From a virus: 64,000 nucleotides of DNA. The stretch's first letter is position 1. Every line of letters starts with the position of its first letter. The notes beneath the pieces are model-generated. The model was not told where the DNA came from. It made no database searches and worked only from the letters and a program-made list of their open reading frames with translations. Positions 44,884 to 53,242 of the stretch are shown piece after piece. Location: the IMG/VR virus record IMGVR_UViG_3300045988_079665; one strand, written 5' to 3'. The position numbers and the translations under genes were made by a program.

Positions 44884-44966
44884 TGTAATTTCCTCCTTAT
44901 TTTATCTTAAAAAAATGTTATGGGGTGCCGCTTTTTTATGGAAAACGGCCTAGAAAACCGCTTGTT

Positions 44967-45515
44967 TTATTCCGCAAAAAGATTTTTAATTTCTTCCAGG
45001 TCTTTTTCCGGTATGTTGGAAATGACCCACCCGTGACCGTATTTATAGGGCTTTCCGTCCGCTTTACGTGTTCCGATCAAATCAGCAGTTAACGGCACTT
45101 CATACAGTCCGCAATTTTTTAGCATTTCACAAACTTTTTTATAGTCATATTCATTCCCTTTAACTTTCCACTCCGCAACAGCTTTTTCTTGTTCTGGCGT
45201 CCCAGCGTGCATGCCGTTCAAATGATATTTTTTCCAAAAAGTATAAATTTTTTGGAAAAGAGGCGTTTTAATATATTTTGCAATGTCATCAAGATTTTGA
45301 CCGCCGGAACAAATATCAGAATGGCGAGAGTTCCAGATGCTCCCACTCGCAGAAAATTCAATATATTTATTATTATATTTTTCGGTAAAATTGCCAGCCT
45401 TATCAAATACTTTTTCTCCGCCTTTTTCTTCCAGACAAATAGTCACGTCAACGGCGCAATCTTTCCGGCCTCTGTTCATATAATCGATTTTACCAAAATT
45501 AAAAGTTTTTTCCAT
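44967..45515 (-). CDS. hypothetical protein (182 aa)
   Basis: ORF track; first gene behind the promoter at 45562-45591. Confidence 0.55.
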   Translation of the reverse strand: MEKTFNFGKIDYMNRGRKDCAVDVTICLEEKGGEKVFDKAGNFTEKYNNKYIEFSASGSIWNSRHSDICSGGQNLDDIAKYIKTPLFQKIYTFWKKYHLNGMHAGTPEQEKAVAEWKVKGNEYDYKKVCEMLKNCGLYEVPLTADLIGTRKADGKPYKYGHGWVISNIPEKDLEEIKNLFAE

Positions 45516-45561
45516 TTTTTGTTCCTCCTGAATTTTTTGTTTGGTTGTTTATCGTGCCTTA

Positions 45562-45591
45562 AGTATAACCGATATTTTTTTATAATGTCAA
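45562..45591 (-). promoter_or_regulatory. sigma-A type promoter TTGACA-18-TATACT
   Basis: agtata at 45562-45567 and tgtcaa at 45586-45591. Confidence 0.6.
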
Positions 45592-45969
45592 TCGGCATGT
45601 TGTACAAATTTTAATTGGTTTCTTTGTTTATTTTTTTATAGTTTGGCGGGATTGCTCCCGCCTTGCTAGTTACTGTCTATCAATCCATTCTCTAGCGGCT
45701 TTTTCGGTTTCTACCTTTGCTATAATTTTACCGCTTGTGTCTCGAATGTAATAGACGCTTTCGGATTCCTGAATTAAGAATCCTTTGTATTGTTCTTCCG
45801 TTGTTCTCACCTCCCTTGCATGGTTATATGATACAGCACGACACCGGAAAAGTCAATATAGCAGCTATAAAAATATTGCACAAAAAAGCGCGGCTGATTT
45901 TATGCAAATTGACGAAGGATATGGACATAAAAATCCCGGCCAGCTATGACGGCCAGCCGGGAAAAACTA

Positions 45970-46128
45970 TTATTTTTGTTTGCGCCAGATATTATAATCG
46001 CTTGCACTCATAATCTTGTAACCTCCGTCCACTTTAACAATCACTTGATCTCTTGTTGCTGCCTTGCTTGCATAATAACGGGATGCATACAAACCGGACT
46101 TCTGATCGTAACCCTTGCAATATGTCAT
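45970..46128 (-). CDS. small hypothetical protein (52 aa)
   Basis: Hand translation MTYCKGYDQKSGLYASRYYASKAATRDQVIVKVDGGYKIMSASDYNIWRKQK; GGAGGT RBS 7 nt upstream. Confidence 0.5.
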   Translation of the reverse strand: MTYCKGYDQKSGLYASRYYASKAATRDQVIVKVDGGYKIMSASDYNIWRKQK

Positions 46129-46379
46129 TGTAATAACCTCCAGATAATGTATTATTGCCTTGTGGCTTGTTTATAATATAGCAGACTATGCGCCATTTGT
46201 CTATCTTTTTATAATGTTTTTTTGTATATTTTAATATATGGTTATTATATATATTATATGTATATGCGATCAATTTACTACAATGTTATTGTAAGGCCAC
46301 TGGAGCCGTTTTAAGTAGTTTTCAGGTCGAGCCGTGTTTTTATATGCCTGATCTTTTTATTCCGTTATACAGTTTTTAT

Positions 46380-46800
46380 ACAGTTTGATTATTCATTGTT
46401 TTGATAGTAAATAGCTATGATATACACTTAGAAAGTTAGAATATACTAGAATTACATAGATTATTGTATAGATATGATATGCATATACTACATATTTATT
46501 CATTTATTGCTTATTGGTACAGTGTCTTAATAGTTATATAGATATAATTATATCGATATTGATTATTGTATATTTTTATCGATATATTATATCGGTATAA
46601 TTATCTATATAATGTACTGATTATAATAGTTACAATATTGTAACTATGTATTACAAAGTAGTAACAGTATTTAAATATCGATATAATAGTATTGAATATG
46701 GTATCTTGTGTGGTATATTAGATGTTATTGTATGTTATAGTAGTTGGTATGATATAGATAATGGGGTAAATGATAGTAAATAGGGTTTATTGCATGGAGT
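46380..46800. repeat. AT-rich iteron/palindrome field (candidate origin or operator array)
   Basis: ATATCGATAT at 46550-46559 and 46675-46684, TATCGATAT at 46577-46585, and a near-copy at 46588-46599. GTTACAATATTGTAAC palindrome at 46629-46644. TGATAGTAAATAG at 46402-46414 and 46771-46783. GATTATTGTATA at 46459-46470 and 46561-46572. Confidence 0.6.
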
Positions 46801-46921
46801 AAATATGGTTTACCAAAAAGCGTGTATCAGGTAACACGTACGCGAGTATCTAATTTTTTGCAATCGATTTTGACAACAGAAATTTTAGACTATTCTAAAA
46901 ATCCGGAAAAATCAGTCTATA

Positions 46922-46944
46922 ATAATAGGAATCATTCCTATTAT
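46922..46944. repeat. perfect 11-bp-arm palindrome ATAATAGGAAT-c-ATTCCTATTAT
   Basis: Read directly at 46922-46944. Confidence 0.7.
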
Positions 46945-47204
46945 AGCCCGATACGCCGGCAAAGTGCTATTTTCAGGCGTTTTTTAAGATGGTAGCATTT
47001 TCCAGTACGGGGGCTAGGATATGGATGGGAATGGTAGAAATGGAAGAAATTGGCATTTAGCACAACAAGCTACATACCATGTAATCACATCATAAATTCA
47101 TATAACCCACGCATCACTATTTAGCAACAATTCACACAACCCGTAACAGATATTATTTTCCCCATCATAATAATTTACAATTTGTTAACAAATAGATGAT
47201 TAGA

Positions 47205-47216
47205 ATATGGTATAAT
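47205..47216 (+). promoter_or_regulatory. extended -10 promoter element ATATGGTATAAT (no good -35)
   Basis: Identical 12-mer to the -10 region of the 53437-53465 promoter. Precedes the 47339 gene. Confidence 0.5.
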
Positions 47217-47256
47217 TAGATGATGATAAAAAAGTTGTACAATCGCTGATACTAAT

Positions 47257-47274
47257 ATAATACGTTAGTATTAT
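47257..47274 (+). promoter_or_regulatory. hairpin/operator ATAATAC-GTTA-GTATTAT sharing the AATACGTTAGTATT core with 53476-53497
   Basis: Read directly; lies between the promoter and the RBS. Confidence 0.5.
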
Positions 47275-47338
47275 TATAGTGTCACGCAATGTACAAAAAT
47301 TTTACATCAATGTACAAAAAAATAGAAAGGAAGAAAAT

Positions 47339-48379
47339 ATGCCAAGCAAACCAAAATACCTGCCATCCAACGAAGATAATAAATTAATTGACGCTCTTAT
47401 CAAAATAGAAGGGCGCGAATTAAAATATCCAGAGTTATGCAAGGCGCTTGATATTCCAACCAAATCTGGCAACACTAAGATATCTCAACTAGATAAAGTT
47501 CGGAATTATTGCCAACTAGATACTCTAGAACATCCCACCCGTTATATTGTCCAAGAGGTCTATCCTGAAGCAGATGCCCTTATCAATGAGCTAGATAAAG
47601 ATTCCTATCAAGCCGCATTTGAAGCCGCTCTTTATCAAATATTTCTAAAGACAAACTGCGCCACTATATATGCGTCAACCAGCAATTTGCTCAGGATGTT
47701 CCAAGAGGTTAATGATAATTTCAGCTATACATATAGCCAAGCCGTAGAAAATTCAGAGCATTATGGATATATGAGCTTAGTCAATGGCGTTGTTTATAAT
47801 ATCCTAGCTCAATGGACTAGGCGCAAATTGCTAACCATGAAAAATCGTTATGTCATTGATCTAAATAGGGGCTATCGTCTCTATAAACAACGGCGCAACC
47901 CAGAAGGAAAAGAAACGTGGCTCGAAACATATGATGTGCCAGAAGATAGCATAGATCATCAGACCTGCTTATCCATCTATTCTAAAGCCGTCAATGAGAT
48001 TATGCCGCCAAATTGGGGCAAGGTCATAGATAATAGGGTCTACAAGCCATATGTGTCAACAGAACAATATAAGGCGTTTGAAGCACGACTTGCACAATTA
48101 ACCCAAGAGGCATTTGATGGTGAATATGTCAAAGTCAAAGAGGTTTATATCATCAAGCCAGCAACAAAGGAATGGATTGTCAATCGGCTATTAGATGTCT
48201 ATGAGCATTATCCTAGCTTTGAGAAAATCAATAAAGAAGCGTGTGCGAAGATTATTCAGACCAGCCAGCTTAGTTGTATTACAGGCAAACAGCGGCGCGA
48301 ATTTGTTGACATCAATATGGACAATAAGCAAAGCGATAAACTCAAGGATTTAGTTGCTAGTGAAAAGTGTAATCAATAA
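47339..48379 (+). CDS. hypothetical protein, possible N-terminal HTH (346 aa from MPSKPK)
   Basis: ORF track 47279-48379. GAAAGGAAG RBS precedes the ATG at 47339. Lone plus-strand gene next to the iteron field. Confidence 0.55.
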   Translation: MPSKPKYLPSNEDNKLIDALIKIEGRELKYPELCKALDIPTKSGNTKISQLDKVRNYCQLDTLEHPTRYIVQEVYPEADALINELDKDSYQAAFEAALYQIFLKTNCATIYASTSNLLRMFQEVNDNFSYTYSQAVENSEHYGYMSLVNGVVYNILAQWTRRKLLTMKNRYVIDLNRGYRLYKQRRNPEGKETWLETYDVPEDSIDHQTCLSIYSKAVNEIMPPNWGKVIDNRVYKPYVSTEQYKAFEARLAQLTQEAFDGEYVKVKEVYIIKPATKEWIVNRLLDVYEHYPSFEKINKEACAKIIQTSQLSCITGKQRREFVDINMDNKQSDKLKDLVASEKCNQ

Positions 48380-48380
48380 A

Positions 48381-48431
48381 AAATCTGCCCCAATTTATTC
48401 CCTATATGTATAGGGTCTTTGGGGCAGATTT
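48381..48431. terminator. bidirectional terminator between convergent genes
   Basis: 12-bp stem AAATCTGCCCCA/TGGGGCAGATTT with inner hairpin CCCTATA-tg-TATAGGG. An A-run lies before and a T-rich run after. Confidence 0.7.
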
Positions 48432-48435
48432 CATT

Positions 48436-48630
48436 TTATTCTACTGTATTACAAGTTGAACCTTCATCATAAATGAACGGTGGGTTGCCTGTGTTCACAT
48501 ATGTTAATCCATTGTACTCGTATTTTTGACCAGTACAAATTTTGGCGCTTCTCCAATTTGTCACAAATTGCTTATATTTACATCCTAGCGTCGTTTCTAC
48601 ACATTCAGGCCAATTTGCATTTTCTCTCAA
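48436..48630 (-). CDS. hypothetical protein
   Basis: ORF track. Confidence 0.45.
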   Translation of the reverse strand: MRENANWPECVETTLGCKYKQFVTNWRSAKICTGQKYEYNGLTYVNTGNPPFIYDEGSTCNTVE

Positions 48631-48688
48631 TTGCTTATATTCTGACCTATTCTAAGTCTCAATAGTTGACGTATATCCACTTGCCATA

Positions 48689-48970
48689 TTACCAAAATGC
48701 ACCTTCATCATAATCTTCAAATCTCCTATTCCATGCTTCAGCGGCTTGTTCTTCCGTGTCGTAAATATATACACCACCCAAAATCCCGCCATCGCACTCA
48801 TAGCTTGCAATCGGACATTCCGGGTTTTCCTCGTGAGCATGGTGAAGCATAAATCCAAGCCCACTATAGGGATGTTCTCTATATGTCTCATCATGCAGAT
48901 TCCCTTCGTCATCGCACAAAACAATGCTAACTTTACCTCCGCAGAATGGGCATAGCTTCAACTTAGTCAT
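48689..48970 (-). CDS. Lar-family (restriction alleviation-like) zinc-ribbon protein
   Basis: LKLCPFCGGK near the N-terminus and TEEQAAEAWNRR near the C-terminus. Confidence 0.5.
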   Translation of the reverse strand: MTKLKLCPFCGGKVSIVLCDDEGNLHDETYREHPYSGLGFMLHHAHEENPECPIASYECDGGILGGVYIYDTEEQAAEAWNRRFEDYDEGAFW

Positions 48971-49169
48971 CCTTCTTGTCCTCCTCTACACGCGACTTAA
49001 GCCATTCTTTGATTTGCATTGCGCAGGAGCAGCAAAGCTCGATATCGGGTGATTCCTCATGAAACGCGCTTCGTACATTTACATACGTCGCAGAGCTTGT
49101 GGGGTTTATTTCCGCCCCACAACGGTCACATACTCGTTTTGTTGCCATCTTTCTCATCCTCCATTTCAA
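48963..49169 (-). CDS. zinc-ribbon small protein
   Basis: CDRCG...CCSC. Confidence 0.5.
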   Translation of the reverse strand: MKWRMRKMATKRVCDRCGAEINPTSSATYVNVRSAFHEESPDIELCCSCAMQIKEWLKSRVEEDKKDD

Positions 49170-49348
49170 TCCTTCTTATCAAGTTTATTCATGTAATTTT
49201 CAATAATTTTATTAGCTTGGTTTGTTATATTAACCAATCCACCAAGCCCAACAACGATATTCCACTCATTTATGCCAATTTGATAATAGTCATGTCCGGC
49301 ACATTCGATTGGCTTGATTTCTACATAATCTTGATTGATATATTTCAT
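49166..49348 (-). CDS. hypothetical protein
   Basis: ORF track. Confidence 0.45.
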   Translation of the reverse strand: MKYINQDYVEIKPIECAGHDYYQIGINEWNIVVGLGGLVNITNQANKIIENYMNKLDKKD

Positions 49349-49361
49349 TCAATCAATCCTT

Positions 49362-50039
49362 TCAACAATCAAACTCAAATACGATGCGCACATCATCCTC
49401 TGTGCCACCATCTGGAATAAGTCGCCTCAACCCTTCCATCGTTTCATTATAGAACCAATCCGCGCATTCTCTATAGGTGATTGGCGCAAAATAGCAAGCA
49501 GTATAATATTGTTTTGATTCGTCTCTTAGATATTCACCATTGATTAAATCAACCATTTCTGGCTCGGTCAATTTAACAATGTTGCATCCCCATATATCAC
49601 CACTGTAAGAATTTGGTTGTTTACCCTTCATGATATAATCACGATATGTAGCTTCATCAACATAGCCGTATTTTCTATGCAGCTGTTCCCAATCATATTC
49701 GTGCAACTCTCTCAATGTAAGCCAAGAACCATAGCCATATTCATCACCAAACAACACATCATTTTTAGACATATCGTCAGGATAACCCTTTAGATTGGCA
49801 ATAGGATTGAATCTTTCCCCGGTTCTACATCCAGCAAATCCTTCACCATTTCTAACTCCTGCAAGAATGGCAAACAAGTTATAATTGCGACTATCGTCAG
49901 GTTCGCTCATATATTCTTCCATAGCCCATTTCTTGTTTGAAGCTGGGTCATAATATGGATTCTTGAATACTTTAGCAGTTGACATTTCCCACACACCATT
50001 ACGCCGCACTTCGGCAATCATGTTAATATCAGTTCCCAT
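49362..50039 (-). CDS. hypothetical protein (225 aa)
   Basis: ORF track; abuts the deaminase gene. Confidence 0.55.
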   Translation of the reverse strand: MGTDINMIAEVRRNGVWEMSTAKVFKNPYYDPASNKKWAMEEYMSEPDDSRNYNLFAILAGVRNGEGFAGCRTGERFNPIANLKGYPDDMSKNDVLFGDEYGYGSWLTLRELHEYDWEQLHRKYGYVDEATYRDYIMKGKQPNSYSGDIWGCNIVKLTEPEMVDLINGEYLRDESKQYYTACYFAPITYRECADWFYNETMEGLRRLIPDGGTEDDVRIVFEFDC

Positions 50040-50456
50040 CTAATCAATCCTTTCTTCAGCAATTCCATCAGCCGTACTATAGCAAATATGCTTAATTCCC
50101 AATTCTTTTATATATTTCATACAAGCAGGACATGGACGCGCCATTGCTTTATTACCATTTGCATACTCACGATATACATACAGTGTTGATTTGCTAAAAT
50201 CAATATCCAGATATTTTACTTTGCTCAATGCCCTGATTTCGGCATGGAGCGAATTTACCACGCCGCTTTGATTTGGGTCAAATTCACGCTCTGCATTAAG
50301 CCGCTTTTGCAACGGGCTTGTTTTGGTACTATTGCATCCAGTAGCCAGCAATACGCCCTTATAGTACAGAGCTGCGCCAAGGTGGTATCTTGGAAATTCA
50401 GATTCTTTGCTTGCCCTACAAGCCGATTCAATGCCGCGCTTAGTTCTCTGGTTCAT
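50040..50456 (-). CDS. dCMP/cytidine deaminase family protein
   Basis: HAEIRAL (HxE) and PCPACMKYI (PCxxC) zinc motifs. Start set at MNQRTKRG, because an upstream small ORF overlaps the longer tracked start at 50489. Confidence 0.8.
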   Translation of the reverse strand: MNQRTKRGIESACRASKESEFPRYHLGAALYYKGVLLATGCNSTKTSPLQKRLNAEREFDPNQSGVVNSLHAEIRALSKVKYLDIDFSKSTLYVYREYANGNKAMARPCPACMKYIKELGIKHICYSTADGIAEERID

Positions 50457-50603
50457 CTGGTTCTTTGTGTTCCTCATCAAGCCAATCAATCCAGCATTCC
50501 GTACATGATTTGATAATGTCAGGACAATGATAATGAGGACATGGCTTTGACATATTTGTAATAGTTTGTTCTTTAGATTGGTTCATCAGCCATTCACGAT
50601 TAG

Positions 50604-50792
50604 TCATTCGTTCACCTCACTTTTAATTAAATATTTGTGGCATTTGCAGATAATATCAATAGCTCTTTGAGCTGGAAAGAAATTAGCAGAATTATCGTCA
50701 AAAATACCATACTTCACAAAATTCGCTTCATCATCTGCTTCAGCTTTTTTAAATGCCTCAACCGCATCATCAAGTTTGATATAAATAGCCAT
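50604..50792 (-). CDS. hypothetical protein
   Basis: ORF track. Confidence 0.5.
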   Translation of the reverse strand: MAIYIKLDDAVEAFKKAEADDEANFVKYGIFDDNSANFFPAQRAIDIICKCHKYLIKSEVNE

Positions 50793-51328
50793 TATTCATT
50801 CACCTCATATCCCAATTCAATCAACGTCATAATAGCATAATTAGCCATATCAAGCAACGTGTCCTCAATTTTTTCATCTTTTACCTGAGCATCATGTGAT
50901 ACAGCAAGTGACATAAGTCGATTCATCTTATCACTAAGCCGAGTCACAGCACTGATGATGCCGAGTTTTTTGTATGTGTCACCAAATGAATCACCATAGT
51001 CATGATTTTTGGCTTTATATACCTGATTTAGCTTCTGACAGATTTCATAGTGCCGCGCCACTTTTGACTCAATATGTAACTTTAGGTCATTGGGCTCTTT
51101 GTTGCAACATTTAGCCTCAATATTTTCACAAGCTGCTGGGTCTAGCTTTTTATACCAGTTATAGCATTTGTTGAGCATATCTTCGTCCATTTCATCAAAC
51201 ACACAACCATTGCTATCTGTAAAAACATCTACTTGTTCATCGTATAACTTTCTTAGTTCACAAGTGTCGCATTTATGGCATTCCTGACAATATTCTTCAA
51301 GAGCGTCAATCATCATTTCAGTGGTCAT
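50792..51328 (-). CDS. DUF1599-like (nucleotide-modification-associated) protein
   Basis: KNHDYGDSFGDTYKKLG...TRLSDKMNRL motif in the C-terminal half. Confidence 0.5.
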   Translation of the reverse strand: MTTEMMIDALEEYCQECHKCDTCELRKLYDEQVDVFTDSNGCVFDEMDEDMLNKCYNWYKKLDPAACENIEAKCCNKEPNDLKLHIESKVARHYEICQKLNQVYKAKNHDYGDSFGDTYKKLGIISAVTRLSDKMNRLMSLAVSHDAQVKDEKIEDTLLDMANYAIMTLIELGYEVNE

Positions 51329-51352
51329 ATTTATTCATCCTTCATCAATTAT

Positions 51353-51568
51353 TTAGTCATTCAGCATAACGTTCTCAATGTTTTCATACATTGTCCAATC
51401 TTCATCGAGCTTGGCTTTGATTGGTTTGAATGGGCGATATTCAATTCCGTCTTTTTCTTCATACCGCCAGTCACAATCTAGGCAAGCCCATACATCAATA
51501 GGCGGCAATGTACAGATACAAGTATGGTAAATATCGCCACCACACTTTGGGCAAGTATAGATAATCAT
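51353..51568 (-). CDS. zinc-ribbon small protein
   Basis: CPKCG...CLDCD. Confidence 0.5.
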   Translation of the reverse strand: MIIYTCPKCGGDIYHTCICTLPPIDVWACLDCDWRYEEKDGIEYRPFKPIKAKLDEDWTMYENIENVMLND

Positions 51569-51871
51569 TTATTTATCCTCCTCATCTAGCGTTCTATTAG
51601 CTAACACAATTTCTTTTGCTTCTTCATATGTCAACACATCATCAAACGTATGACCAACATCTTCAATTATTGAGTCAAGAGCATATCCACCCCATCCATC
51701 ACCAACATCAATACCGTCTGCATTGAATTTAAGAAATTTTCTAAATGTATCATACCATCCTAAACACCAGTCTCTATCACCGCATTGTTCGCAGTATAAG
51801 TCGTGTGGTGAGATATAAGCATCACTTGTATAATAACCGCCTAGATGGCTTTCATAAACATAAGCTCCCAT
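51569..51871 (-). CDS. hypothetical protein
   Basis: ORF track. Confidence 0.5.
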   Translation of the reverse strand: MGAYVYESHLGGYYTSDAYISPHDLYCEQCGDRDWCLGWYDTFRKFLKFNADGIDVGDGWGGYALDSIIEDVGHTFDDVLTYEEAKEIVLANRTLDEEDK

Positions 51872-51874
51872 AAT

Positions 51875-53035
51875 TTATTCATCCTCCTCATTTTCATCAC
51901 AATTTTCATCTACAAAATGGACATCTACATTGAAAATTTCTTTCAGAACATCAATAGCTTCTTTTGGCTCGATGCGGAAAAATTCTCTATCTGGGTTGAC
52001 CCGCTCTTTGTCGAAATATTTATGGATATTATTTTCCAGCTCAAAGCAATCATCACTGAATACAAAACAATGAGCATGATATGGTTCTGGCAAGCTGCTT
52101 GAGCTAAGTTCACGCACTCTTAATGCAGGATTCAATCTTCTAGTGCAACCGAGCTTTACCAATCCGGGCAAGCTTGGTGAACTAATTACATATAGCCAAC
52201 CAGCTTTGCTATGTGATTCACGATAAGCAATAGAATCGAGCCGCTTGTCAATACTAGCTAATTGAGATTTAATTCTATTACGCTCATCGTCTGTTAGCGC
52301 TTTATCAAACGCAATATTCATTGCTTTCTTTTCTTCAAGCAATTTAGCGCGTTCTCTAGCAATATCAGCAAGCAACTGTTCCTGTTCTTTTAATCTGCGC
52401 TTTTCTTCACGGATTCGCGCCTTTTCTTCTTTCTGTTTAACCTTAATTGCTAAGTTGATATATAGCATATCAAGCCGCGCCTTTACATATTCAGCATTGA
52501 GCGCCAATCCGACTTTATTTGCCTTAGACTGATAAGAATTAAATTTATTCTTAATCAATTCTTTGCTCTTAGCAATATTGCTTGTTGTTATGGATTTTTC
52601 TTTGTTGTCAATATATTCTGACATAGCATAGCACAATCCGCGCCCATATACATCCTGCATTTCTTTACCGCGCCTAGCAGAATCATTGAGGGTATATCCT
52701 TGCTCAATGCGATATAGACCAGTATTTACGGCAGATTCAATTTTGCTTTGTAGCTCATAGCGTTTATGCTCAAGTTCATCTAGTGAATCTTGATAATATG
52801 GGATATTATAATCCTGCATTTCTTCAATGGTATGGATTTTGCCATTTAGAGCATTAAGGACGGATTGAGCTTCTTTTGCGGCGATTTCGGCACTTTCTGC
52901 TGATTTACGGCTTTTTTCTTCTTTTGTTTCAAGAGAATCAATTTCCTTATACAACTCTTGAATCTTAAAGTCTAGTAAATCGATATAATGCTCAAGTTCT
53001 TTCTTCTTCTTGTTCATCTTGAAAATCTCGAACAC
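51875..53035 (-). CDS. DUF4041-like coiled-coil + T5orf172/MUG113 (GIY-YIG-related) domain protein
   Basis: Long Glu/Lys coiled-coil N-terminal region. C-terminal GWLYVISSPSLPGLVKLGCTRRLNPALRVRELSSSSLPEPY...EFF. Confidence 0.6.
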   Translation of the reverse strand: MFEIFKMNKKKKELEHYIDLLDFKIQELYKEIDSLETKEEKSRKSAESAEIAAKEAQSVLNALNGKIHTIEEMQDYNIPYYQDSLDELEHKRYELQSKIESAVNTGLYRIEQGYTLNDSARRGKEMQDVYGRGLCYAMSEYIDNKEKSITTSNIAKSKELIKNKFNSYQSKANKVGLALNAEYVKARLDMLYINLAIKVKQKEEKARIREEKRRLKEQEQLLADIARERAKLLEEKKAMNIAFDKALTDDERNRIKSQLASIDKRLDSIAYRESHSKAGWLYVISSPSLPGLVKLGCTRRLNPALRVRELSSSSLPEPYHAHCFVFSDDCFELENNIHKYFDKERVNPDREFFRIEPKEAIDVLKEIFNVDVHFVDENCDENEEDE

Positions 53036-53222
53036 GCCTAGCCGCCTCCTTGCTAAAAATTTTATCTATATGCTTATCAAAATCCAATGGATTATTGCTC
53101 TTTGCTAAAATTTGCTTGGTGCTGGTATTATATAGCTCGAATTGCCCATTGCCGCAATCGTTGATAATCCAGCCTGTATCGCCATATTGGACTACGGCGT
53201 TAATTTTCTTTGTTCTTGGCAT
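52992..53222 (-). CDS. hypothetical protein
   Basis: ORF track; first gene behind the promoter at 53243-53271. Confidence 0.5.
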   Translation of the reverse strand: MPRTKKINAVVQYGDTGWIINDCGNGQFELYNTSTKQILAKSNNPLDFDKHIDKIFSKEAARRVRDFQDEQEEERT

Positions 53223-53242
53223 TTATTTCACCTCATATTGCA

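Noticed and set aside
45660-45800. Possible ~46-codon minus-strand ORF (…RTTEEQYKGFLIQESESVYYIRDTSGKIIAKVETEKAAREWIDRQ) with GGGAGG upstream.
   Set aside because: - The only in-frame start is a GTG that directly abuts the SD, with no spacer.
- The start therefore cannot be supported, and I left it unannotated.
46034-46273. Tracked 79-aa minus-strand ORF.
   Set aside because: - The translation is low-complexity (Asn/Ile/Tyr/Lys) and has no RBS.
- A 52-aa ORF in another frame (45970-46128) has a GGAGGT RBS and a protein-like sequence.
46380-46800. CRISPR array.
   Set aside because: - The repeats are short (9-16 bp), of several different kinds and irregularly spaced.
- There is no repeat-spacer periodicity and there are no cas genes.
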